From Serratia phage SP1, in the sequence record OM457001.1: a DNA stretch of 32,000 nt; one strand, given 5' to 3'. The translations under genes were made by a program, and so were the position numbers. Below the pieces are notes generated by a model. The model did no database searches. It was not told the DNA's origin and was given only the letters and a program-made list of their open reading frames with translations. Below are positions 8,517 to 16,321 of the stretch, one piece after another; the first letter of the stretch is position 1; every line of letters begins with the position of its first letter.

Positions 8517-9092
8517 TTAACACACGTCGTTGTCGTTGTAAACAGCCTCAGTGAAAATAATGACATTTGACGAAAGTTCTTCATTTACCATTGTAGAGAG
8601 GACTTTAATGCGCTGTTCTGGCAACACAATCCACTCGTCCTCACGAGTGAGCATGTCGATTTGCTCATCTCGATAGGATTCCCATCCTTTGTTGGCTGGT
8701 CTACGAGCCAAAAGAGTGTGTTTAAGTGTGGCATCAGCGTTCATGAGGATGTCTATTGCAAGTCTACCGAGATGACAGACTCGAGCACCGTCAGCATTCA
8801 GACAATGCACCGTGTGCGTTTCATAGCACCACATTCCTGCAAAATCGTTGGCAGTGTTCATGTTGGTGCTGAATGATATAGCATTCGGATAATTCAGTAC
8901 ACTACCATCTGCGATGTCGTATCCTACGATCTGCAGATCTTCATGAGTCATGCCACGGAAAAGACTTAGTCTGCCCTTCACTCGATGACTGTTTTCACGC
9001 ATGATTTGAGTGAATTCATCCTGCCAGGGCTTGTCCCAGAATTTTTCTACTGTTGCTTGTAAAATGATGAGTTTTTCGTCTAAGAATAGCAT
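8517..9092 (-). CDS. Putative mono-ADP-ribosyltransferase (ModA/ModB-like, R-S-E class)
   Basis: Ordered motifs LFRG, ISFSTN and REDEWIVLP. Located beyond dda, where T4 carries modB/modA. Confidence 0.65.
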   Translation of the reverse strand: MLFLDEKLIILQATVEKFWDKPWQDEFTQIMRENSHRVKGRLSLFRGMTHEDLQIVGYDIADGSVLNYPNAISFSTNMNTANDFAGMWCYETHTVHCLNADGARVCHLGRLAIDILMNADATLKHTLLARRPANKGWESYRDEQIDMLTREDEWIVLPEQRIKVLSTMVNEELSSNVIIFTEAVYNDNDVC

Positions 9093-9115
9093 GATTCCTC
9101 CTGTATGTAAGAGGA

Positions 9116-9144
9116 ATCATATCACAAAGGAAGGGCGTTGTAAA
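9116..9144 (-). promoter_or_regulatory. Putative early promoter for the 191-aa CDS
   Basis: -35 TTTACA (9139-9144), 17-nt spacer, extended -10 TGATATGAT. Confidence 0.7.
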
Positions 9145-9147
9145 CAG

Positions 9148-9537
9148 TTAGTCACAACTACTTGAAGAGGAAGAACAACTACCAGAATCATAACTACCAG
9201 AATCGTAGCTAGAGGCGCTTGAGGAATGAGTGTAGACAGCAGATGCAATGATAGCGTCTGATGTGCTGGTTGTGGATGAAGTACGATATGAACTTGAGTC
9301 AGATCGCATAGTCGTCATTCTTTTCTGCGAATTTCGGACGTAGTCTTGAGACTGTTGCAGCATCGCTTTAAGGTCGCTCTGTCGATTTGCTTCCTTGGCT
9401 TCAGCTTGAGCCCGAGGTACACGAACCAGTTCCATGGTGCCATCGCCCATGTACATGTACTCTTCTACGAAATCTTCCTCTTCCTTGGTTTCAGGTTCTT
9501 TTCCGCGGAACCACTCAAGAATTTTGCTGAGATTCAT
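9148..9537 (-). CDS. Hypothetical protein with Ser/Tyr/Cys low-complexity C-terminus (129 aa)
   Basis: Ends SSSASSYDSGSYDSGSCSSSSSSCD. Confidence 0.75.
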   Translation of the reverse strand: MNLSKILEWFRGKEPETKEEEDFVEEYMYMGDGTMELVRVPRAQAEAKEANRQSDLKAMLQQSQDYVRNSQKRMTTMRSDSSSYRTSSTTSTSDAIIASAVYTHSSSASSYDSGSYDSGSCSSSSSSCD

Positions 9538-9718
9538 ATTTGCGTGACCACTCTTCGTCAGTTAACATCCATTCATCGATATCAAATGCATTAACACCAG
9601 TAGTCAATGCTTTGTGCACAAACTCGGTCCAATCCTTGATGATGGATTTGTCAAGGAATTTTTCGTTAATCCAGCAAGACTGGATGTACTGAATCCGCTC
9701 ATAAGTCAAGATAGTCAT
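9515..9718 (-). CDS. Hypothetical protein (67 aa)
   Basis: ORF coupled to the upstream gene by ATGA. Confidence 0.65.
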   Translation of the reverse strand: MTILTYERIQYIQSCWINEKFLDKSIIKDWTEFVHKALTTGVNAFDIDEWMLTDEEWSRKYESQQNS

Positions 9719-9978
9719 AATATGATTTGCACCATGTCGTAGATGTGTTCAATCAGTTCCATAACAAGCTGAGTGTCCAAGTTGATTTCATCAGCGATCG
9801 TCAGGATGATCGGTAACGGAATCTCTCCAGTGGAGAATGATACGACTGATAGCGTAAGGTCTGCTACATGATCGCCGTAATCATTTTGGCGCTCAATGAA
9901 TACTTCACTGTTTTCGATGATGACTGATATCTCTTCGAGATTTGACAGTTCAACCCTTCCAACCAAACTTCTGATCAT
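9715..9978 (-). CDS. Hypothetical protein (87 aa)
   Basis: Start taken as MIRSLVGRVELSN at 9978, overlapping the upstream stop by 4 nt. Confidence 0.7.
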   Translation of the reverse strand: MIRSLVGRVELSNLEEISVIIENSEVFIERQNDYGDHVADLTLSVVSFSTGEIPLPIILTIADEINLDTQLVMELIEHIYDMVQIIL

Positions 9979-10499
9979 TTGCTTATCTCCGCATATTGAG
10001 GGCCAAGCAGTTGAGCGACTGCAAGGCTCAAGCAACTTTTGCCAAGATTTACACGACCTATTGTACCAACATTGATGTGTTCCGGTTTAGGTTGCTTTTT
10101 CGGAAGAATGGCCTCATCTGCCGCGATACCGTGACGGAGTCTGAAATTGGCAATCGCTTTATCGACAACTGCTTTCGGATAGATAGTTCCGTTAGCAGTG
10201 GGCCGATCAGGAATAATTCCGCATGAAATGTATTTTGTCTGATCGTATTCGATCAGTTCGCTTGGATTCAGGACCTGAGTGTCGATTTGAGTCTCGATAG
10301 CAACATCTTGGTTAACATCTACAGTCCACTTAGCAGTCAACATCCTGCTTTTAGGTTCGATGGTTTCACGTTCAACTTTGATTTTCATTCCGAGTATTTC
10401 ACCTCTTAAAACATCATCTAAAGAGGAGGCACTCTTGATGAATGCCTCTAGACCTTTATTAGTAGCCATCGATGGTTTCACGTTGAGCTTTGATTTCAT
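9975..10499 (-). CDS. Hypothetical protein ending in an EF-Tu-like P-loop segment (174 aa)
   Basis: C-terminus HINVGTIGRVNLGKSCLSLAVAQLL contains GxxxxGKS. Start at 10499 gives ATGA coupling. Confidence 0.75.
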   Translation of the reverse strand: MKSKLNVKPSMATNKGLEAFIKSASSLDDVLRGEILGMKIKVERETIEPKSRMLTAKWTVDVNQDVAIETQIDTQVLNPSELIEYDQTKYISCGIIPDRPTANGTIYPKAVVDKAIANFRLRHGIAADEAILPKKQPKPEHINVGTIGRVNLGKSCLSLAVAQLLGPQYAEISK

Positions 10500-10621
10500 A
10501 TGCATGACCATGCAAAAATTAGACCAACAAAGAATCCGATGAAACAGAGTACAAACAGAAGGCCGTGTAAGGCCTCCTCTTCTTCATTAATCTCATCATA
10601 AAAATCATATATGGTTCGCAT
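10496..10621 (-). CDS. Small predicted membrane protein (41 aa)
   Basis: Hand translation MRTIYDFYDEINEEEEALHGLLFVLCFIGFFVGLIFAWSCI; fills the gap before gene 56. Not in the ORF track. Confidence 0.55.
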   Translation of the reverse strand: MRTIYDFYDEINEEEEALHGLLFVLCFIGFFVGLIFAWSCI

Positions 10622-10632
10622 CACATTACCTT

Positions 10633-11151
10633 TTAGTAGCCGTTGTCTTGACGAGCAAAGTTTTCAGCGTTCTTCAAGAAGTATAGTTTGAAGATTTCTT
10701 CAGCGTCCATACCTAGAGCTGCAAACATGTTCAGCATGAAGTGCAGGATATCGATCATTTCGAATTTGATTTCAAGTTGGTCTTTATCAGACAGTTCAGA
10801 AATCAGACGTTCACGCATCGCACCATGATCACCTTTCCATGGTTTCCATACTGCAGAAGCAGCTTTTTCACCATTTGACATACCACCGAGTGAGGTCAGC
10901 AGTTCACGGAATTCATCGTCGATGTAGTCTTTCTGGTTACGCAACCAGTCTACGACTTCACCAGCTTTGGCCAGATCATCTGGATGACGGTTGTAATCTG
11001 GCTTATCTTTTGCCAAACGAACCTGCAAGGATTTCTGCATGTCCAACATGACCTGAAGTGGATCTTCATTACCACGCAGATGACCGTAATAACGAGCTTC
11101 TGCTTTGTCTACGCCTTCAATCAGTTGACTGCATTCATTAAAGTGTGCCAT
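10633..11151 (-). CDS. 56: dCTPase/dUTPase (T4 gp56-like)
   Basis: MAHFNECSQLIEGVDKAEARYYG...DPLQVMLDMQKSLQVRLA...DDEFRELLTSLGGMSNGEKAASAVWK...NAENFARQDNGY. Confidence 0.95.
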   Translation of the reverse strand: MAHFNECSQLIEGVDKAEARYYGHLRGNEDPLQVMLDMQKSLQVRLAKDKPDYNRHPDDLAKAGEVVDWLRNQKDYIDDEFRELLTSLGGMSNGEKAASAVWKPWKGDHGAMRERLISELSDKDQLEIKFEMIDILHFMLNMFAALGMDAEEIFKLYFLKNAENFARQDNGY

Positions 11152-11187
11152 TTTATTTCCTTTGTGCTTGATTAGAAGGTAATTTTA

Positions 11188-12228
11188 TCATACCTTCGCG
11201 TAATGTTTCAATCTCAGTTTCGCTTGAAGACCAGAACAGATATTGTTTCGGATGTATTCGTCGATTTGTTCGACAGTAGCACCTTCCTTCATGATCATGT
11301 CGTTGATATCCTTGGATTGCCATGGTGCCTTATCCCAGAATACGACATTCTCACCTGCTCTCACAAGTTTTTCCATTCGCTTGATGGTGTCCTCTTTACG
11401 AGGTTCATGGTCCATAATCCATGCGCGATTATTTGGATATGGAACTTCACTCAAGGATAATGAACCGCCTGTGATTGCCATTCCGTTCTTGACAAATAAA
11501 CTATCCAACGGACCTTCCATGAAGAATACAATATCGGAAGGATTCACCGTATCGGCACCATATATTTTGGTAGCTTCAGGATGAGACTTAATTGTCATGT
11601 ACTTTTGGGGTTGGTCTTTAAGTAGTGCACGACCTTGGAACGACTCGATTTCTTTTTGCTTGTTGAAGATAGGAATAACCAAACGCGGTTCATTTTTTTC
11701 ATACTTGTAAGTCCCTGGATTAACCGAGTTAACAAGCTTAGGCCAATCATTAGTAAACCATAATCGATCCCATTTACCTCGTGGTATCTTCCTGTGGTTC
11801 ACGTAGTTAATGATTGGATGCGTCTCAGGTAATTTATCGAGACGAGTACAGAACTGCAAACGAGCTATTTTGGGCTTTTCTTGTTGAGCAACTTTATTTG
11901 CCAACAATTCTGACGATGTATTTTGAGATTTGGGCTTGTACTGAATCTGGTCTTTTTTCTTTTCGAACAGATATTCCCTGTAGAGTTCTGGTTCATGGTC
12001 CTTCAAATAATTGTTGAACCAATCAGAATAATCACAGTTATAGCATTTCAGTCTAAACGAACCATTAGTTCCGCCATAGCACCAGAAACGAGCTTTATTT
12101 GGGTCAGTTCTTGAGTCACCGCAGATAGGACACCGAGCGTTCAGCTTGAACTGAGCACCCGGTATTTTGCGATATTTTGGAAGTGAGGTGAAAACACGCT
12201 CAGCAAATTCTTGGTCTACCCACATCAT
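11188..12228 (-). CDS. 61: DNA primase (T4 gp61-like)
   Basis: N-terminal zinc finger CPICGDSRTDPNKARFWCY...LKCYNC; FMEGPLDSLFV toprim segment; size and order. Confidence 0.92.
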   Translation of the reverse strand: MMWVDQEFAERVFTSLPKYRKIPGAQFKLNARCPICGDSRTDPNKARFWCYGGTNGSFRLKCYNCDYSDWFNNYLKDHEPELYREYLFEKKKDQIQYKPKSQNTSSELLANKVAQQEKPKIARLQFCTRLDKLPETHPIINYVNHRKIPRGKWDRLWFTNDWPKLVNSVNPGTYKYEKNEPRLVIPIFNKQKEIESFQGRALLKDQPQKYMTIKSHPEATKIYGADTVNPSDIVFFMEGPLDSLFVKNGMAITGGSLSLSEVPYPNNRAWIMDHEPRKEDTIKRMEKLVRAGENVVFWDKAPWQSKDINDMIMKEGATVEQIDEYIRNNICSGLQAKLRLKHYAKV

Positions 12229-12240
12229 TTATTCCTCAAA

Positions 12241-12257
12241 GGCCCAGTGATAGGGCC
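12241..12257 (-). terminator. Possible weak terminator or leader hairpin upstream of gene 61
   Basis: GGCCC-TATCACT-GGGCC followed by TTTG on the minus strand. Confidence 0.35.
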
Positions 12258-12263
12258 ATTATA

Positions 12264-12797
12264 TCACTTACTTGGTTTGAATTTACGACGTACTTTCTTG
12301 ACAGCCTTTTTCAGACTACGACCTAGCACGGATTCGGCTAGTTCTTTGCGGGATTTCTTTTTACCGACTACAGCAGGACCTTTATTTGTAACAGCTCCAG
12401 TTGTTTTGCCAGTTGCAATATTTGTGGTAGAACCACCTGAATCTCCAGCTACCATCTCTTGGAGTGCAGCTTCGATTTCAGGACAAGCTTCACAGATCTC
12501 TTCAATCTGAGACTCAGTGATTCCGTAACGACCAGCAGTTGCACTAAAAGCAGATGCGAGTGCAGACATGCCAGACAGACCAGGTACAGTGTTCATCATG
12601 CGCTTCATGGAACGAATAGAGGCATGGAATGAAGTGTAAGCAGTCTTTTCTTCATCGGTTTTTGGTCGACGAAGGACCTTACCTTGATCGTCAATGATTC
12701 CGTAACCATGTGCTTTCCACTCAGTGAATGGTTTCTGCATGAGACGGATAAAGCGATAAGCGTAGATCATGTCAGTGGTACGAGTGATTTTGGACAT
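12264..12797 (-). CDS. Phage protein with strongly basic C-terminus (177 aa)
   Basis: KPFTEWKAHGYGIIDDQGKVLRRPKTDEEKTAYTSFHASIRSMKRMMNTVPG; C-terminus SLKKAVKKVRRKFKPSK. Confidence 0.75.
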   Translation of the reverse strand: MSKITRTTDMIYAYRFIRLMQKPFTEWKAHGYGIIDDQGKVLRRPKTDEEKTAYTSFHASIRSMKRMMNTVPGLSGMSALASAFSATAGRYGITESQIEEICEACPEIEAALQEMVAGDSGGSTTNIATGKTTGAVTNKGPAVVGKKKSRKELAESVLGRSLKKAVKKVRRKFKPSK

Positions 12798-12809
12798 ACG
12801 ATTCTCCTT

Positions 12810-13010
12810 TTATCTATTTAGTAGTTCTGCAACTACCATGTCCAACGTCCGTTGAGTGCGAGAAATGGAATCATTCGTCAATTCGATTCCTAATTCACTC
12901 TTACCAGTTTCCAGTCGTTTGCGCATGCGCTGCTCGTATGTTTCGAGCAGCTCAGTTGGCATGTAGACTGGCTCCGTAATCAGATACGTTCCAATCAAGT
13001 ATGGAGTCAT
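12810..13010 (-). CDS. Hypothetical protein (66 aa)
   Basis: Start overlaps the upstream stop (TAATG). Confidence 0.65.
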   Translation of the reverse strand: MTPYLIGTYLITEPVYMPTELLETYEQRMRKRLETGKSELGIELTNDSISRTQRTLDMVVAELLNR

Positions 13011-13501
13011 TACAGACGAGCCTGCAGTGATTTCAGAGTGCTTTTGATTTCAGAGATCGACAGATTATCGAATTCGTTGACGAGACGATCAAATCGATCT
13101 TTAAACAAGCGTTCAGTTCCAACATCTTGATCGTAATCAGCGGCCACTTCCATAAAGTCGTGGTACTTACCTTCGATGAAGGCCATGGTGTATGCTTGAC
13201 CAGCGATAAGGTCACATTTAACTGGCAACCGACCTTCAGTGGAAAGCGCAACAGCTGTAGGTGCAGTCGATACTTTTGAACGATCGAACGCGTTGCTTGT
13301 GAAGAAGGAGAATTTCTTAATTCGAGCTTGTGGAATGCCAGTTTCAATGACACAATCCGGCAAGATAACACCGTCAACAGTGACAGTGCCAATAACAGTT
13401 GCTTTGCCATCTTCCCATAAACCCATCAGGATGCCTTTATGGATGCCGTTGATAGTGTGTTGCAGATCACGAAGTTCAATAGATTTGATTTTACTGCGCA
13501 T
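13010..13501 (-). CDS. Hypothetical protein (163 aa)
   Basis: Start chosen at MRSKIKSIELRDL (13501) to limit overlap with the upstream gene. Confidence 0.7.
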   Translation of the reverse strand: MRSKIKSIELRDLQHTINGIHKGILMGLWEDGKATVIGTVTVDGVILPDCVIETGIPQARIKKFSFFTSNAFDRSKVSTAPTAVALSTEGRLPVKCDLIAGQAYTMAFIEGKYHDFMEVAADYDQDVGTERLFKDRFDRLVNEFDNLSISEIKSTLKSLQARL

Positions 13502-13790
13502 GTTCAAGTTCCTTAATCTGAGATTCGATTTTAATGATCGCTTGCTCATGATAAGCAATACGACTTTTGCATTCAGGCAGATCTTTTGCCCAGGATACCT
13601 TAGAGCGTTCCAAGGCCTCTTTGTGTCGAGACCTGCAAAACTTTAGGTCTTCAAGCTTATATGAGTTTTTCATCATCGTTATGGCCTTATCGAATTTGAT
13701 AACTGTACGCAATGAATTGTTCCCAGGAGATTTCATCTCCATCATTGAATGTGACTGAACCATTGACATACATCCGCCGCAGATATTCAC
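13491..13790 (-). CDS. Hypothetical protein (up to 99 aa); exact start uncertain
   Basis: Downstream internal Met starts (MEMKSPG, MKNSYK) could be the true start. Confidence 0.55.
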   Translation of the reverse strand: MNICGGCMSMVQSHSMMEMKSPGNNSLRTVIKFDKAITMMKNSYKLEDLKFCRSRHKEALERSKVSWAKDLPECKSRIAYHEQAIIKIESQIKELEHAQ

Positions 13791-13989
13791 GAGCTAAATT
13801 TTGTGTAAACATCACTTCAATGATGGAATGGCGCAGTTTATAATATTCAGTCTGATCTTTAAAACCGAACTTTAGACGTTGCCAGAAAGTTTTTGGTTTC
13901 TGTGCTGTGTACTTCTTCAAGAGGACTTCTTTTATAATTTTAGCCTCTTGAAACACCTTGATAGGCGATTCAATATTTTTGTGCGTCAT
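13687..13989 (-). CDS. Hypothetical protein (100 aa)
   Basis: Start MTHKNIESPIKVFQEAK chosen; the listed start at 14103 lies deep inside the upstream gene. Confidence 0.6.
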   Translation of the reverse strand: MTHKNIESPIKVFQEAKIIKEVLLKKYTAQKPKTFWQRLKFGFKDQTEYYKLRHSIIEVMFTQNLAREYLRRMYVNGSVTFNDGDEISWEQFIAYSYQIR

Positions 13990-14272
13990 CCCAACCTTCC
14001 AACCAACATTTAGCCGATTCAGTTTCGAGTGAGTAAGGGCACTCTTTACGAGCAGTGCCTGCGATGTATGCTTCAAAGCCTTCAGCCCACCAGGTTTGTT
14101 CATCTACGTAAGACGGAGTCATGGTTTCGTCCTGGATTGGCGATGTGGATTCGGATGCCGGCGCGCAGGTTTTCTGGTGTTCCAGAGTCCAGTAATCACG
14201 GTTGCAGTTGCACATGCCTTTATCAGCATCGTTTTTCGGTTCAGGCATTCCAGAGAATTTGAAGAGTCTCAT
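13970..14272 (-). CDS. Ribosome modulation factor-like protein (100 aa)
   Basis: WWAEGFEAYIAGTARKECPYSLETESAKCWLEGWDDAQKY resembles RMF GYQAGIAGRSKEMCPYQTLNQRSQWLGGWREAM. Confidence 0.65.
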   Translation of the reverse strand: MRLFKFSGMPEPKNDADKGMCNCNRDYWTLEHQKTCAPASESTSPIQDETMTPSYVDEQTWWAEGFEAYIAGTARKECPYSLETESAKCWLEGWDDAQKY

Positions 14273-14499
14273 GCTACCACCTCGAGAACGAATTCGTTAG
14301 AATGTTTATGCAGGCCCAGGAAGAACACATTGAAGTGGCGAAGGCCGACTTGTTTGAATTCGAAATAGATGCCTTGAACGTATGGGTTATCAGCACCTTT
14401 CCAAGTTACCTTTGGAGACTTGTTCCATGCTTCTACGAAAAGTTTAGCAACGCCTGATTTGCTTTTTGGTTCCATTTCGATGATTTGTGCGAGTTCCAT
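14269..14499 (-). CDS. Hypothetical protein (76 aa)
   Basis: ORF behind AGGAGAAACAAAATG and a promoter-like leader. Confidence 0.75.
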   Translation of the reverse strand: MELAQIIEMEPKSKSGVAKLFVEAWNKSPKVTWKGADNPYVQGIYFEFKQVGLRHFNVFFLGLHKHSNEFVLEVVA

Positions 14500-14559
14500 T
14501 TTGTTTCTCCTGTTTGGTTGATAGGGTAATCATATCAAACTACCCTATAAATGTACAAC
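14497..14559 (-). repeat. Copy 2 of the 63-nt leader/promoter repeat (other copy 3105-3167)
   Basis: Contains -35 TTGTAC (14553-14558), -10 TATGAT (14529-14534) and the GATAGGGTA palindrome. Confidence 0.85.
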
Positions 14560-14565
14560 ATTATT

Positions 14566-14814
14566 TTACGCTTTGATGTGATCCCAGATGCGATCTTCGA
14601 TGTATGCTACTTCACTTGGGAAAACAGCGTCATAGGCAGAGACAAAATAATGTTCGCCAGTCATGCTGATGGTCCCAAATACTACAGTGTGCACTTCACC
14701 TTCATGGGTTTCGATTACGAATGGAGTTTTGTATCGTTCCATTTCTGATAGACGCTTCATTTCAGCTGGAACTTCGAATGTGAATTCGATGAGGTCGATA
14801 ATTTTGCGTTTCAT
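14566..14814 (-). CDS. Hypothetical protein (82 aa)
   Basis: Complete ORF with preceding promoter-like sequence. Confidence 0.75.
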   Translation of the reverse strand: MKRKIIDLIEFTFEVPAEMKRLSEMERYKTPFVIETHEGEVHTVVFGTISMTGEHYFVSAYDAVFPSEVAYIEDRIWDHIKA

Positions 14815-14835
14815 GATGTCTCCTTGGTTTTTTCT

Positions 14836-14864
14836 ATTCTATCATAGTTCGCATTCGTTGTAAA
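14836..14864 (-). promoter_or_regulatory. Putative early promoter
   Basis: TTTACA (14859-14864), 17-nt spacer, TAGAAT (14836-14841) within TGATAGAAT. Confidence 0.6.
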
Positions 14865-14870
14865 CAACAA

Positions 14871-14890
14871 AAGGGCCCGAAGGCCCTCTT
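14871..14890 (-). terminator. Rho-independent terminator after gene 41
   Basis: Minus strand AAGAGGGCCTTCGGGCCCTTTTG directly after the stop codon. Confidence 0.8.
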
Positions 14891-16320
14891 TAGAATTGCA
14901 ACTTATCGACGAGATCATCTACCGTAGTTCGTTTGTTGTTCAGTAACGCACGATCTTCATGGTCTTGGATGTTCATTTTTCCGTACGCTTCTTGAACGCT
15001 TGGAGTTCCTGCAGATAAAGCTTTGGTATCGTCAGTTTCATACCAACGCTGATTTCCTTTCTTGACACCTAACTTGAAGTGCTTGATGAAATTCTTGTCA
15101 CCATAACGAGATTTGATCTGAATGAACTGCTGCAAACCTTGCTGAGCGAGTTCGTCAATCTCTACAACACCAAGCATAAAGTCTGCTGTTGCTGGTAGAC
15201 CTGCAGATTCTGCAACGTCTGACATATTCAAGTCCGAAGATTCCCACGAACCTTTACCTGTCTGAGCACCAGACCACATCACAGTGTCAGATTCAACTGC
15301 TAAACCACGAAGTTCTTCAGCAATCGACTTGACCAGAACATAGGTGTTTTCACCACCACGAACACGAGTAGAAGCTGCGATACCGAGGTAGTCGACCATG
15401 ATTACGTCTGGTACGAATCCTTTCTTCAACTTCAGTTCGTTCAGTAATGCACGGAAGGTGTTGGCGTTTGCACCAGCAGTTGGGTACTGTTTGACGATCA
15501 GTTTACCAATCTTGCCAGAACATGCTCGTTTCATTCGAGCTTCGTATTCTTTGAAGCCTACCACACCGTCATCAAGTTCATCCAATGAGATGTCCAGAAT
15601 GTTGGCATCAATACGTTTCGCACAAACTCGTTCAGCCATCTCCATCGAGATGTACAGTACGTTGTAACCTTCTTTCAGATAATCTGCTGCTAACGAACAC
15701 AGACCCAGAGATTTACCAACGTTGACACCAGCCATGAGGATGTTCAGTGTCCCACGTTCTGCGCCGCCTTTGGTGATTTTGTTCAAGATTGGAATGGAGA
15801 ATGGAATCTTTGCAGTTTTCTCGAAGTATGAACGGAAACGATCTGCATAGTCTTCAGCCCAGTCATGACCAACTGATGTGTCGAACGAGATTGCAAGAGC
15901 TTTCTGCATCAACTCAGTGATAACACCAGGTTCTGGGATTCTTTTGTCTCGTTTTTCTGGTGGTAGTTCTGCGTTGGATTGGATTTCAACAGCACGAGAA
16001 AGAGCATTATACATCGCACGATCTTTGACGTATTTTTCAGTCTCTTTGACTAACCAATCCAAATTTTCTGGAACTTCTTTCAGTTCCTTAGTCAAGGATT
16101 TTGTGTTTTCAAATTCAACCTCGCCAAGATTGGATTTGTTCAATGCTACTTCAATTGCAGTCATGGAAGGTTGAGAATTGTACTCAATGACATGCTTGTT
16201 GATTATCTTGAACAAGTTCCGAGCAGGACCAGGTTCGAAGTAATCTGCGGCCATATACGGCCAAACTTTTTGGAAATAAGATGGATTGAACACCAAATGG
16301 GAGAGAATTGTTTCGACCAC
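14890..16320 (-). CDS. 41: Replicative DNA helicase (T4 gp41-like)
   Basis: RecA-fold helicase: LNILMAGVNVGKSLGLCSLAADYL, VIMVDYLGIAA, SAGLPATADFMLGV. Confidence 0.95.
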   Translation of the reverse strand: MVETILSHLVFNPSYFQKVWPYMAADYFEPGPARNLFKIINKHVIEYNSQPSMTAIEVALNKSNLGEVEFENTKSLTKELKEVPENLDWLVKETEKYVKDRAMYNALSRAVEIQSNAELPPEKRDKRIPEPGVITELMQKALAISFDTSVGHDWAEDYADRFRSYFEKTAKIPFSIPILNKITKGGAERGTLNILMAGVNVGKSLGLCSLAADYLKEGYNVLYISMEMAERVCAKRIDANILDISLDELDDGVVGFKEYEARMKRACSGKIGKLIVKQYPTAGANANTFRALLNELKLKKGFVPDVIMVDYLGIAASTRVRGGENTYVLVKSIAEELRGLAVESDTVMWSGAQTGKGSWESSDLNMSDVAESAGLPATADFMLGVVEIDELAQQGLQQFIQIKSRYGDKNFIKHFKLGVKKGNQRWYETDDTKALSAGTPSVQEAYGKMNIQDHEDRALLNNKRTTVDDLVDKLQF

Positions 16321-16321
16321 A

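Noticed and set aside
8511-8542. Promoter with TTTACA at 8537-8542
   Set aside because: The -35 is good but the -10 is ambiguous (TAAGAT at 17 nt or GATAAT at 20 nt), so it is not listed as a confident feature.
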